The position numbers and the translations under genes are program-made. Positions 1 to 13,860 of a DNA stretch of 64,000 nt are shown piece after piece; within the stretch, counting starts at the first letter, position 1, and each line of letters begins with the position of its first letter. Origin of the DNA: Amoebidium appalachense (taxonomy: Eukaryota > Protista > Ichthyosporea); NCBI GenBank assembly GCA_963693365.1, contig CAVNZM010000002.1:15409615-15473614 (forward strand), written 5' to 3'. The notes below the pieces were generated by a model. The model searched no databases and was not told where the DNA came from. It saw only the letters and a program-made list of their open reading frames with translations.

Positions 1-103
<103 letters not shown>

Positions 104-125
104 TGTATGTGTGCGTGCGTGCATG

Positions 126-2393
126 CTATACACATGCACGCGCGCTTGTTTTTGGTCCGGAAAAAAGCACCACTATGTTCCCTGCGGTATCTGCAGGAAC
201 ACGGGGCAGTTTCTGCGCCACTCCACCTGGTGATTGAGGAAGAGTAATGACGTGTCCTTTCATTGCCCAATATTGTGTATCTTCAAGGAAGTAGGGCGAC
301 GATAAACGGCACAGGTGAATAGAAGACCGGTAAAGAGCAACAGCTCTCTCTTCTGCAAACGACAGGTTCCCAAACTTATTCAGTAGCCAATCCGGTCCCA
401 ACCATTTAGGTCCGGCTAATGCGTAAAATGGAGTGTGTCCTTTTTTCAATGCGTTATTGCATGTTTTGCAGATGCGTACCATAATGTTATCAGTGTGTTG
501 TTCAAGACCGGCGACCTCAATCAAACAGCCAGTTTCCCGAAGTTCTGTGAGCAACTCAGCCCGTGAATCTAGCTCAGGCCAACGCTCAAACAAATCTGTT
601 TGCTGATTGGTCGGTTGCAATAAAGAACTATAAATTTCTGCAAATTCAAGTGTTGAAATGCGCATAACACTCGAGTTCGGTACCAGCTTATCGCATACTG
701 CACATGACAAGTGCATTGTATTTTCCGGACTTATCAACTCTCGGTAAATGTTCACTGATTCCTGCACAGTATTGGTACTAATGGCTGAGGGAGCCTCGGA
801 AGGGATGTAGCCGTTTCGTGGATACTGTTCGTTGTCGTATCAGTCTCCCTTAAACGATATGCTAGTTGTTGCTCTCTTTCCTCATATGATGTATCGCCTG
901 CACGTGCCAAAAAGTGCAATCAGATACTACATCTTTGGGACTGGCACAATATCAACCATTTCTCTTCCGGGCATTTTCCCTTGCCTCTAATTTTTTTCTT
1001 CCGTTTATTATTCCCTCCTCCCCCCTCCCCCCTCCCTCCCTCCTTGCCCCCTCCCCCCCCCCCCCCCCCCCCCCCCCCTCCCCTTTCTCTTCTTCTATTC
1101 TGCTTTTTTTTCATCATTGCCTCTTCCGTATCGCGTTCTTTTCTGTCCCTTTCCTTCCCTCTCTCCTTTTCCTGTTTCTTTCTTTTTCCTTCTCGTTGTC
1201 AGTTTAAAAAGTTATTAAAATAATTATGTATCAAGCTCAAAATTCCCTGCTCCTCTCATCTTCTATTTTTTCTTTCTTGCCTACCCCCTTCTTCACCCTT
1301 GAACTAAACGCCATTCCCACTTGTCCTCCCCTGTGTTTTTTTCGATTTTATTGTTCCCCAGTCCTTTTTTCCCTCCTTTCCCTTTTCCCCTCTGTTTCCC
1401 TTACCTGTCCCCTTCCCTTCCGTGTTTCTTACCTTTTCTGTTTTTTTTCCTGTCCTTTCCTGTCTTTTTTCTTTCCCGTTTTTTGGAAGGAAGTTTAAGG
1501 AGGATATCCGTAAAGCTCATAGATATCCGTAAAGCTCATAAACGGGAAACGAAAAACGAAGGGGAGGGGGGGGGGGGGGAGGGGTTTCAGAAAATTTGCG
1601 CATATCTTGCCTGCCCCTCCCCCCCTCCTTTCCCTCCCTCTGGTTTCAAAATCAACAATTCCTTACCCATTCCCCTTCCCTTACAGTGTTTCTTTTCTGC
1701 TTTTTCCTTGCCCTTACTTTTCTTTCCCCCTTTTTTGGCAAAAAACATCGAAGCAAGTAAGAAAGTAGAAAGCCATGAACAAACTAAAAAGAAGTTGTTT
1801 ATGCATAGAGCTCAGAAGCAAGAAACTCCCGAAGCAAAATAAGTAAAGACCAAAAGGCGAAAGAAAAATGTAAAATATACCTGATACTGTCTATTCTCTT
1901 CCACGTGCGATTCCCTGTAATGTTGTAGCTCTTCTCTGTGTGTGTCTCTGTATTTCCGCGCATCTTCCCTATGCGCTTCCCTGTGCGTATTCCTGTAGTT
2001 CCGCGCATCTTCTCTATGTGTTTCCTTATACTCTCGTGCTTCTTCCCTGTGCGTATCCGTGTACTCTCGTGCTTCTTCCTTGTGTGTGTCCCTGTACTTT
2101 TGTGCTTCTACCGTGTGCGTGTCTCTGTACTCTTTTTCTTCGCTTCTGTGCGTGTTTTTGAAATGTTCATTATATTCGTGCTGTTTGGCACATATATCTT
2201 CTTTGTGTGCAGCATATTGTGCTCGATGTTTTTCACTACCAACATGTAAACGGCAAAAAGCTCCGGTTAAATAAGCTTCTTTTATACATCTATCTCCTGC
2301 ATGGTAAAGGTGCCCATGTTCGTCTCTATAGCTACGTCGATAAACGAACGCGCACTGAGACCTAAATTTACTAGTCGTATCCATTATTTTCAT
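126..2393 (-). mobile_element. Helitron-type (rolling-circle transposon) RepHel gene, N-terminal part with DUF6570-like domain; 3' part absent or outside the window
   Basis: ORF 126..767 has the motif series seen N-terminal to the Rep domain in Helitron2/Helentron-type proteins: SCAVCD, ICKTCNNALKKGHTPFYALA, WLGP, LSFAEERAVA, MKGHVITLPQ, LPR, IVVLFSG. Upstream exon 2393..1881 ends at CAG|GTATAT in phase 0. It joins in frame to an acceptor at 824 (GAACAG|TATCCA, with ACTGAT upstream). Family recognised from memory of motifs. Confidence 0.72.
1890..2160 (-). repeat. Coding tandem repeat, ~33 bp / 11 aa unit (YRDTHREEARE-like), in Helitron exon 1
   Basis: Translation EYRDTHTVEAQ KYRDTHKEEAR EYTDTHREEAR EYKETHREDAR NYRNTHRE... 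KYRDTHREELQ HYRESHVEENR. Confidence 0.85.
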
Positions 2394-2471
2394 GAAGAAA
2401 AATCTCCCTGAAACCTCCTTCAGTGAATTGTTCGGCAAAATGACATGTGTCTAGTTGACTAGTACAACTTG

Positions 2472-4231
<1,760 letters not shown>

Positions 4232-4997
4232 GTAAGAAGCGAGCGCTTTGATTCGCTGAAACATAAGAAGCGAGCGCTTTGATTCGCTGAAACATGTTCA
4301 CCAGCCAATCAGACTCAAACTGGGTCGCCGCGTTCTCCGATTGCTATGGATACTGGCACCCGATTGGCTGTACACTCTTTTTTTTTCTCACTCTTGGCAT
4401 CTCACGTGAGACCCGCTCTCCCCTTCCCCCAAACCCCTATTCCCCGGAATAAGCCCAATCTCCCTGACAGGAAACCTGTCACTGAAGGAGATTGGGAAAT
4501 GTGTAGGGGGCGGTTTACTCGCGGCTGCATATCTATCAATAAGTGCAACCTGTTAGCTAACGTATTAGAACCGGAGGTTGTTGGCGGTTTTATTCTCTTT
4601 TCTTCCTCTCTTCCTCAATATATCCGTTTTAAGATGACTATCCTAGATCACCTTATTAATGCTGCACAGTATGATATTGTGATCCGGTGCCTTAACTTTC
4701 TTTCGGAGCTACCGATGCTAGCCTCTGCTTACCCATAATATGTAATAGGGGTATCATAACTACGATGGCGCTCATTGTTGCCTAGCATGCCATGTACACT
4801 GTATGTTCACTGGCTGCATTTGATTGGCTGCGCTGGAAAACGCAGTAGGCCGTCGAATGTGGCTGGGCCTCCGGCAGTGTCCACGCAATAAAAAGTGTGT
4901 AAACCCCTTCGATAATGAGTTGCTGGTTTGGCAAGGCTCATTTTTATTGCGCTAAATGTATACTATTGTCTTGGTATAAGAAAATGTTCCAACTTCC

Positions 4998-5597
4998 GGG
5001 ACTTCACTTTCACTTCGATCTCTTTGCTGTCACATCAACTTTTTTTCCCGATTCTTCACCATGGCAGGTATATAAATTTCTTTCGTTTCTTCTTTTTGGA
5101 CTTCACTTTCCTTAGCTGTCACGTCAACTTTTTTTTCCCGATTCTTCACCGGTACCATGGCAGGTATATAAAGGTGTTCTTTCGTTTCCACACTCTTTTT
5201 GTAGTGGACTTCACTTTCACTTCGATCTCTTAGCTGTCACGTCAACTTTTTTTCCCGATTCTTCACCATAGCAGGTATATAAAGGCTTTCGTTTCTTCTT
5301 TCTGTGGGGACTTCACTTTCACTTCGATCTCTTAGCTGTCACGTCAACTTTTTTTCCCGATTCTTCACCATGGCAGGTATATAAATTCTTTTTGGACTTC
5401 ACGTTCACTTCGATCTCTTAGCTGTCACGTCAACTTTTTTTTCCCGATTCTTCACCATGGCAGGTATATAAAGGCTTTCGTTTCTTCTTTTTGTAGTGGA
5501 CTTCTTTTCACTTCGATCTCTTAGCTGTCACATCAACTTTTTTTCCCCGATTCTTCACCATGGCAGGTATATAAAGGCTTTCGTTTTTTCTTTTTGT
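4998..5597. repeat. Minisatellite, 6 copies of an ~85-107 bp unit
   Basis: Unit GGACTTCACTTTCACTTCGATCTCTTAGCTGTCACGTCAACTTTTTTTCCCGATTCTTCACCATGGCAGGTATATAAAGGCTTTCG... starts at about 4999, 5098, 5206, 5308, 5394 and 5498. Confidence 0.92.
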
Positions 5598-5860
5598 GGT
5601 GGGAGGGAGTCCCACTCAGGGGAACGTGACTGCAGCGTGTGTGTGGTGTGGCTGGTGTATTCCTACTGCTGTGAGAGTGTGGGGGCATCTCCCTTTCGCG
5701 GAGTTTCTCGCTTACACACCCACAGCCTCTCCCACACTGACTGAACACATACACACACGCACACAAACACACGAATCACACACAAACACTCACACACACA
5801 CATACACATTGGGGGAGAAGGGGGGGGGGGGGGAGGGGGGAGGAGGGGGGGGGGGGGGGG

Positions 5861-5921
<61 letters not shown>

Positions 5922-8260
5922 ACAGCACCTTGACCATCTCCTGTCAGTTCACGCGTACGTGTGCACGTGTGAACACGAAGTTCACAAAGTATGTACGTAG
6001 CAGTGGTGACTGCGCACAAGCTAGTGCAGCGTGTCGTATCAAGCTATAGGACTCTGTGTGAAAAGACAAAGGAGAGAACACTCGCTTGGAACTTTACTCA
6101 TAGCTCAAGACATCAAGTCTCAAAGCTGTACACTGAGCTCGAGGGCTCACTGCAAGACTATAGCTACACAATAGGCATCACTCATGTCAGGCTTGCGCAA
6201 AACCTCAGCTACGTCATGACGCACCTGCATGACGGTCACACATATAAATCCCCCAAAACTCCTTTTATCGGGCTTGCCCGCGAATGTAGATCTGAAAATG
6301 CATTTGACATTAAACAATTCAGGAATTTCAGAATTTCAGGAAATTCAGACTAATTAATAATTATCTCTTATGCATGTGAGCCGCAGTATCATAGTAGCAT
6401 GTTATGGTAATGTAGAACCAAGCCTTTCGGATCAGAACCTTTGGCGGATTTAAATATGTGTCTTATTACTATGTAACTGACATTTCTTGGCCTTATGTGT
6501 GTAGCAGCTTCGTTTCACAGCTTGGCTCTTTAGTTAATGTTTACGCAGAAAATAGGAAACGCGGTTCTCAAATATTACGCCCCAAAGTCTGGGGGCTTCA
6601 GTGGACCAGATCTGGCGATCCGTTTCCCGGGGAGCCAATCAACTTTCGGTTTGATTAATGTTCGAATTATATACGCACCATCCTGCATTCCGCCGGCAAG
6701 TAGGGGATTGTAAAAGTGTGGGCTGGAAAAAGGTTTTATGCACAATAACACAAGTGACAGGGATATAGTGTAATATTAAAAATAGAGACCATGAAAAACA
6801 ACTAAGCGAGTTGCTACTCATAATGTGTCGCGGTTTTTAGGCAGACCCATCGGCATCCGATATCGAGACCCGCTAATTATTAACAAAATTAATGAAAACT
6901 ATCACTAGTGAATAAATAAAAAGATTTAACTACCCAAGACACAGTATGTATGTCACTGAAGTAGCAGTTCAAGGGGTCACTGAAGTGGCAGGAATGCCCC
7001 ACTGCCATTGCAATTGATCGATGCAGTTCAACCTGATTGGTAGTACGTACATGTTTCCGTCAAAACTTCCAAATTACTTATTCGGCCGGCCAGAACTTGT
7101 TTAATTTCCTTGAGGGATGCATGCAATGATTACCGTGGACAACGTGGTAATCGGATCAGTACGTGTCTTGTGAACGCGAGCCAAGCCACGGGAATTCATG
7201 CCCGAAACGGCGGCAAAGCAACGCGTCACGGAGGGCTGAGTGAGAAAACGTGAACCCCACAATTGAAATGTAAGGCATTCGATATCTCATACCTTCATTC
7301 GACAACTTGGTGTGTTCTTGACGTTTAAACGTTAGGGAGTGGTCCCTTAGGCTCAAGAGCAATTTGAAAGTAGTATACATGCTTCAGCTGTTCAGTTCCT
7401 GTCGGCCAGAATTCACGTATTACGTTGATATTGCAAGATGGATTCTTTGGGCAATAGCCTCAAGACGATCAAGGCAAGGGTGTGCAGGCCTCTCACACCC
7501 AGCAAGCGCAGAGACTCTACCGTGTCGACCTCATTGTAAGTGTAACCTGTTTCACTGATCTCGAGTGTATGCATCGTTGCGTGCAACTCTACTAGTGTAT
7601 TATTACGTAGCACAACTCTGGCTCTGCACACAACTGTGCAAACTTCAGTACACACAGTAAAAGGGTGTTTGTTGCAATGGTAATATGCCAGAGATCTAGA
7701 GTATCACTTCGGTAGCCGTTGTGTATTGTTCGCCCTAGTTCCAGGTACAGGGTACGCGTACGCATCGAGTTATTCGCTGTGTTGTGTCCCACGGACGGAG
7801 CAAAATCACACTGTGGGCCTGACACACGCACACACACAAACAACATGTGTATGTAGAGCCGTGCGCGACACGGCCACACAATCTTTACACACACAACCAC
7901 AACCAATTACCATGTTACTTTACAAGAACGAGCACCATCAGACCGGGCCTCTGAAATGTGTGCACTTACCATTTAGCACACAGTATGCATGGTGTTCACA
8001 CCAATCAAACACACTTTGCCCAAACACCACACCGTGATGATGTCGTGACAGCTAGCCAGTGGCACAAACACCATCTGTGGTCGGTAACGCTATTAAAACA
8101 ATGTACCCATGCGCGCTCACACAACCTCATTTTCCAAAACAGAATCACAGTTGGCATAACGGGGGAGTATCCGCCTTCAACATCATCCCACCATGATTCC
8201 TCAGGCACCAGCAAAGAAAGCTCGTTGTTTCGCGCTCTACGGCGACAGAAAGAGTACCTA

Positions 8261-9006
8261 ATGTCCGAAATATACACGTGGACGAGCCACGGTGCCATCA
8301 AAGACCGCGCACGTGTGATACTTGCGCAAGGAGCATGTGATAACTACGAAGATGCAGTAGCACAGGCCATTCAGGAGTCGTTGCATCGAGCTTCGGGAAA
8401 ATGTGCTCGCATGCAAGGGCAGTATAGGGATTTGGAAATCCCTTTGGAAGAGAATGATATTGTCACCATGGCATCGACGGCAGAGTGGAGAATGCAGCTA
8501 ATGGAAACTCGAATGAAAAAAGACAAAGGAAAGGGGCACAACGAAGGGGATACACACCTGTTACCGGACCCAATGAATCAATTCCCGAAGTCTTAGAGCA
8601 GGGAGGTGGCGTAAAACCGCACGAAAACGGTGTTGGTGTTTTGAACAACAGCGAGAATGTGAATGCCTATGCTACAGGTGAGACACACGAAACGAAACAC
8701 ACGTGGGCTAGTGAGGAATCGGGCAACTCTATGGACCAATGGGTGGACATCAATGATAGCGTGGACGAGCTAGCCAATCAGAAGAAGGCTTTAAAATCAC
8801 ATTCACAGACACGGAGAAGAAGTTCTTCAAACGGTCACCAGACGGCGGCGTTGAAAATGAAACCTCGGCCAAGGAGTAAAAGTCTGAGTACCGTTAATTG
8901 CTGCAGAGTGTGGAGGATTCTCAGAAAGACCGAGACCCCTGTGGCAAACAGGCAGAGAAAATCAGAACCAAATGCCAAGCAACTTAAACCCGTAATTAGC
9001 ACATGA
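8261..9006 (+). pseudogene. Possible degenerate coding region of unknown function (two overlapping ORFs in different frames)
   Basis: ORFs 7958..8596 and 8485..9006 are complex, charged and not microsatellite-derived. They include a UIM-like stretch YEDAVAQAIQESL. No recognisable family. Confidence 0.25.
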
Positions 9007-9014
9007 GTCTCTAA

Positions 9015-9398
9015 GGTTTCTAGTATTGATGTACGCGTAGCCATTTTTCCTTTGCATATTCAGAATGTCAAAACCCCTAATTCGCTTAAAATTTGCACTT
9101 TCAGCATTCATTTGGCGGTTTCTGAACATGGTTCAAATCTGAAAGAAGGTCAGGATACTTATTTTTATGTTTTTTTGTTGTTGTTGTTGTTGCTGTTGTT
9201 GTTGTTGCCTATTTTTTTTTTTTTTCCGTTGGGCACTAAGTCTTTTAGCAGTGACGTCCTTGGCCCTCGTATCATTTGGCAAATTACGAGCACCTTAAGT
9301 ATGTACCAGTGTACAGCTAATACAGATGTATGTTAGCTAAACCTAAAATTCTGCGGAATGTGCTTTTAACATTTCATGGCATGCTAGTGCTAGAAACC
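9015..9398. mobile_element. Candidate non-autonomous Kolobok-like DNA transposon (MITE)
   Basis: Left end ctaa|GGTTTCTAG and right end CTAGAAACC|ttaa give a 9-bp perfect TIR with a degenerate extension, GG...CC termini and TTAA-like flanks. Confidence 0.4.
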
Positions 9399-9474
9399 TT
9401 AAATCAATACTCAAATACAGATCGTAGGAGGCAGGCCCTGCATGTCACGGTATCGCTGGGAGTTGAAGACCCCC

Positions 9475-9509
<35 letters not shown>

Positions 9510-10352
9510 ACCCCCGCTCCCCTCCCCCGGGATAAAGTTGTGGCAGAACGCACTGGAACACCACATGCATGGTGCTATGTGAATATTGAGAAGGGTTGTC
9601 TCGGTTTTCACTTATTGGCCTCAAAATTTGCCACGTCCATAGTAATTGCTGTTGCGCTGTGGTATGGGCCTCTTCAGTCTCGTTCAGTTTGGCAACTCCC
9701 CCCCCCATCTTCCCACCCACCCACCAATACTGACTCACCCACCTTTTCCATAACCCCCGCTCCCCTCCCCATTCTTTCCCTCCTCTCCGGGCCTCCCGTG
9801 CACTTCCAGCATTCTGATATCGTGGGTGTGTATTTCTGCTCGCAGAGAGGTGGTGCAGCTGCAGCTAATAGGATAATTGTTTTTTTGGCGCGATTTATAG
9901 CACTGGGAATCCACTGGGCTGGAAAGGGGAGAGGGGGATGTGGGGGCGCAGGGCGTGTGTGTGCGTTTTTTTTGTTTGTTTTTTTGTTTTTTTTTGGGTT
10001 GGGGGGGGGGGGGGGGTTTCAAATATTGAGGCAGGAAGGATGCGGTCATTGGGTAGGTAGTAGTGGTGGTGGGGGAGAGAGGTTGGAGGGGGAGAGAGGG
10101 GGGGGGGGGGGGGGGGGGGGGGGCAGGCAGAGACATGGTGCAACGGCAATTATGGGGTGGGGACAGGGTTTCTTACGGGGGGGAACAGGTGAGGGCCCTC
10201 TCCTGAAGGATTGAACGAAGCAGCAGGGGCAAGAAGTATGTATGATGAAGGGGATGGGGGTTGCATGCCGGGCACCCTTTGGGGAGAAGGGGAGAAGTGA
10301 CAGTGAAAGTGGAAAACAAGTAAGAGGCAGCAGGTAGGGGGGAAGGAGGACG

Positions 10353-10395
<43 letters not shown>

Positions 10396-10683
10396 TGGAT
10401 TGGATGCATGTTGTCATGCGTGTCTGCCCGGCTGCGTGTTCATGTGTGTGAAGGCATCCGGAGTGGAGTGGGGGATTCGGATCATTTGAAGGAGTAAGGT
10501 GACTGTTTGTAGTACACTTCTTAATTCCGAGCTATTTAAGTAAGTCAACCGGGCGGAAAAAATCTGCACACCACAAAGAGGGGCCCGGGGGGACGTGTAC
10601 GTTTGCACGCCACACTGCACACAAACTTGCGGCAGTCTCACATGCACGTATGCACTCCGGCACGCACGCCGGCGCACACGCCG

Positions 10684-10714
<31 letters not shown>

Positions 10715-11150
10715 CGTACGCACGCACACACGAAAGACGCACATACACACTGCACGCACGCACGCACGCACGTAAGCACACACGCAAGCAGGCACGCACG
10801 CACGTAAGCACGCACGCAAGGACACACTCAAGCGTGCACGTCACAGTGCAGCGACGTATTGAGAGCATTCACATCTCTCAGTGATCATGACTCTTTTGCG
10901 CATTTAGACTTGCCTTGTGCAAGAATTTCGTATATGTTTGCATACTATTAGGGCTTGGAGGATCGGAATGATTTCTTATACCCATGCCAACGGTTTTTTG
11001 CAACAGCAGGTTCGGGTATCATCGGAATCCAGTGAATATAGAGCACACCGTGTTGTGACGATCGGCAACATAAACCATAACCTATGTATGCATGTGACCC
11101 ACGCCCGGGGCTGTCACGCCAAGGGGACTCGGAATATGGGCTTGCGCGGC

Positions 11151-11189
<39 letters not shown>

Positions 11190-11745
11190 GAAGGGGGGGG
11201 GGAAGAAGGGGAGTGGATAGGTTGGAGGCAATACCACGTGGTTCGAAACACGATGTCTTCATTCCGCGATAATATATTGACCCAGTAATTCAATCTCCCT
11301 CAGGGAAAAGTACACACAGCCAGTCTAAGAGATCCGTTGTAGTAAAAAAACACGCACCCACCCACTCCTTGTCTCCAACCACCCAAGTTGAAACCCTGCT
11401 CACCTGCAGGCCAGCTGCAAGCTTAACACTTAATCTCAAAGTAAATCATTGAATGCCGCAAGGCTCATATTGCGTATGCCAAGAACCGTGAATCGCGCAA
11501 GTTTGAACCTTTTTTTTCACAAAACAATAGCTGGTTACGACCGTAAGTCGAAAGAAAAGAAACAAAATGTAGAGACTGAAGTCTACTGGACTTTTTACAT
11601 ACTTGCAACAAACGGTCACTGAGTCCAGCTAAATTTAGAAGTGCATTCCAGAAAAAATCAAACCAACGCGAAAACGCTTAAGCATGCACCGGCGCATACA
11701 CAAGCTCTTCCCTGTTAGCGCTTTTTCAAAGTTACATTGTAAGCC

Positions 11746-12264
11746 CTAGGCAATCTCCCCAAGAACCCTCGCATGAGCAGCAGCAGCATTGTTCCTCGCT
11801 TTAGATCCACCCCCACCCCTCCCGTTCCTACCCCCATTCTTTGTCGACGGTGTGTTATCCCCTCCAGTGCCCTCTAACACACTCGGAATACCACCTGCCG
11901 ACTGCGGGGCAGCCGATGCAGGAGCCACGGGATTTTTGTTCATCATCATTGAACTCAGTAAACTTTCGATATTTGCAGGAATAAACCCGGATATTTCTCC
12001 TGCTCTCATCCCAGCCTGGGGGCCCCCTACAGTCGATGTGCCAAGGTCTGAGGATAAGTCGGTGAACTGGTCGATGTTGAAGTGTGGGAGGGATGGACGG
12101 GCGGTGGCTGTGTGTGATTGGTTCGTGTTAAGTTAGGAAATAACAAATAGGTCTCTAGGCGCCGAGTATTCTCATTGTACGATTGATACTCCGTACCTAC
12201 CGAAATTTGAGGAAGACCGATGTGTGTGTGCGTGTCTGTACGTGACACTGTGTGCGTATGCATC

Positions 12265-12305
<41 letters not shown>

Positions 12306-12330
12306 AGAGAGAGAAGAGAGAGAGAGAGAG

Positions 12331-12373
<43 letters not shown>

Positions 12374-13860
12374 ATGTGTGCGTGCGTGCGCGCGCGTGCA
12401 CGTGCACGTGTGTGTGTGCACATCCATGTGCGTGTGCGCATGCGCGTGTGCACGGGCGTGTGCATGTGCATGTGCATGTGCATGTGCGCATGCGTGTGCG
12501 CGTGCGCGTGTGCGTGCGTGTGCGTGTGCGTGCGTACGCATGGTCCCACGTGAGCATGTGCACATGTTTGCGCGAGTGCGAGGAAGCATATGTGCATGAC
12601 TGTTGGTGCGCGTGTGTGTGTCTGTTTTGTGCGTGTGTGCGCGCATCATGTGTGCGTGTGCACATTTCATGCGTGTGCTTCTGTGTGTGTGTGTGTGTGC
12701 GTGTGTTCACCATGCTTGCGTGTACGTGAGTGTGGGTGTTTTGTGTGTGTGTACGTGTGTGCTGGGGAAAGGGAAGTGAAAGAAATCCAAAGTCAACTGG
12801 GCTCGGGGCCCGTGAGTGTGCATGGGTTTTTTGTTCGTGTGCATATAAGTGTATTTGCATGTGTCACGGTGTGCGCACGTGCATATGTCTGTGTGCGTGT
12901 GATGGGGGAGAGTGTAGGTGTGTGTGTGGGGGGGGGGGGGGGGGGGGGGGAGGATTATTGGAGGTCCATAGTCAACGGGCCTCGGGGAGACGTGTGTGTG
13001 TGTTTTATGTTTTTCTTTTGTGAAGGGGGAGGGGGAGGGGAAGGTTCAGCTGATTGCGATATCATTAGCCCGGATACGCGTGGTGGGAGATAGGGGGGGA
13101 GGGGGAGGGGGGAGGGGGCGAGGGGGGGGGGGGGGGGGGGGACGGATCAACTGCAATGCAATCCTCATCATTGGGTCGTGGGAGGGGAAGCGGGAGGGAA
13201 GAGTGTCCGAGAAGGACCATTGAACTTGTTGACGCCAATGCTGACTTTTACCCCCCCCCCCCCTTTTTAATTTAACACCGACTCTGTGTGCATGTGTGCA
13301 TGTGTGCGTGTGTACAAGTGTGTGTGCACACGTGTGTGTATGTGTGTGCGTGTGTGGTACGGGGACGGCTTGCTTGCAATGTCTTAAGTTTCGAAAAAAA
13401 AGAAAGGGGGTTGGGGAGGGGGGAGTAAGGGCGGGAGGAAGGGGGGGAGGGGTGGGGGGGGGGGGGGGAGGGGGGGCTGCGGTTGGAATGGTTGTAGATT
13501 GCAAAACTCTGTTGATTGGTTGCAATGCTGCCTTCTGCTCCCTCTCCCTCCCTCCCCCCCTTCCCCCCCCCCCCCCCTCCCCCCCCCCCACTCCCCTATA
13601 AATCCCCCCCCCCCCCCCCCCCACCCCACCCCACCCCCCACCCACGCCGCCCCTTCTCCTACTATTCCTTCTCCTGTGTAGGTTAAACTCGGTATTTCAT
13701 CCCCTCAGCTGCTCTTTGTGAACGTGGTGAATTACGTACCTGTGCCAAGAAGAGGCAAGAGCAGTAGCCAAACGCATACGGCCCATGGGGTTGTGGCATG
13801 CATAGCACGTGTATTAACTGGCATTTTGCTGCTTTTAACATCCTTTTTGGGCATATGCAT
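11746..13860 (-). CDS. Small putative secreted protein, ~160 aa, 2 exons
   Basis: Exon 13860..13740 (MHMPKK...AVCVWLLLLPLLGT, donor G|GTACGT, phase 1) joins exon 12107..11746 (acceptor CACACACAG). This gives ...LLLLPLLGTATA-RPSLPHFNIDQF...VLGEIA*. A hydrophobic core followed by A-T-A suggests a signal peptide. The start ATG could be a later in-frame Met. Confidence 0.6.

Noticed and set aside
4346-4738. 130-aa ORF faintly resembling a LINE ORF2 C-terminus
   Set aside because: No CCHC, RT or endonuclease motifs and no poly-A/TSD.
4998-5597. CRISPR-like array
   Set aside because: Units are similar along their whole length with no unique spacers, there are no cas genes, and the context is eukaryotic.
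9411-11480. Possible minus-strand spliced gene (donors GTGAGT at ~9737 and GTGAGC at ~11403)
   Set aside because: Candidate exons contain stops or give no credible protein; a non-coding transcript cannot be excluded.
12110-12217. ELM2-like peptide PQISVGTEYQS on the minus strand
   Set aside because: It lies in the intron of the secreted-protein model, has no preceding acceptor, and shows no further ELM2/SANT similarity.
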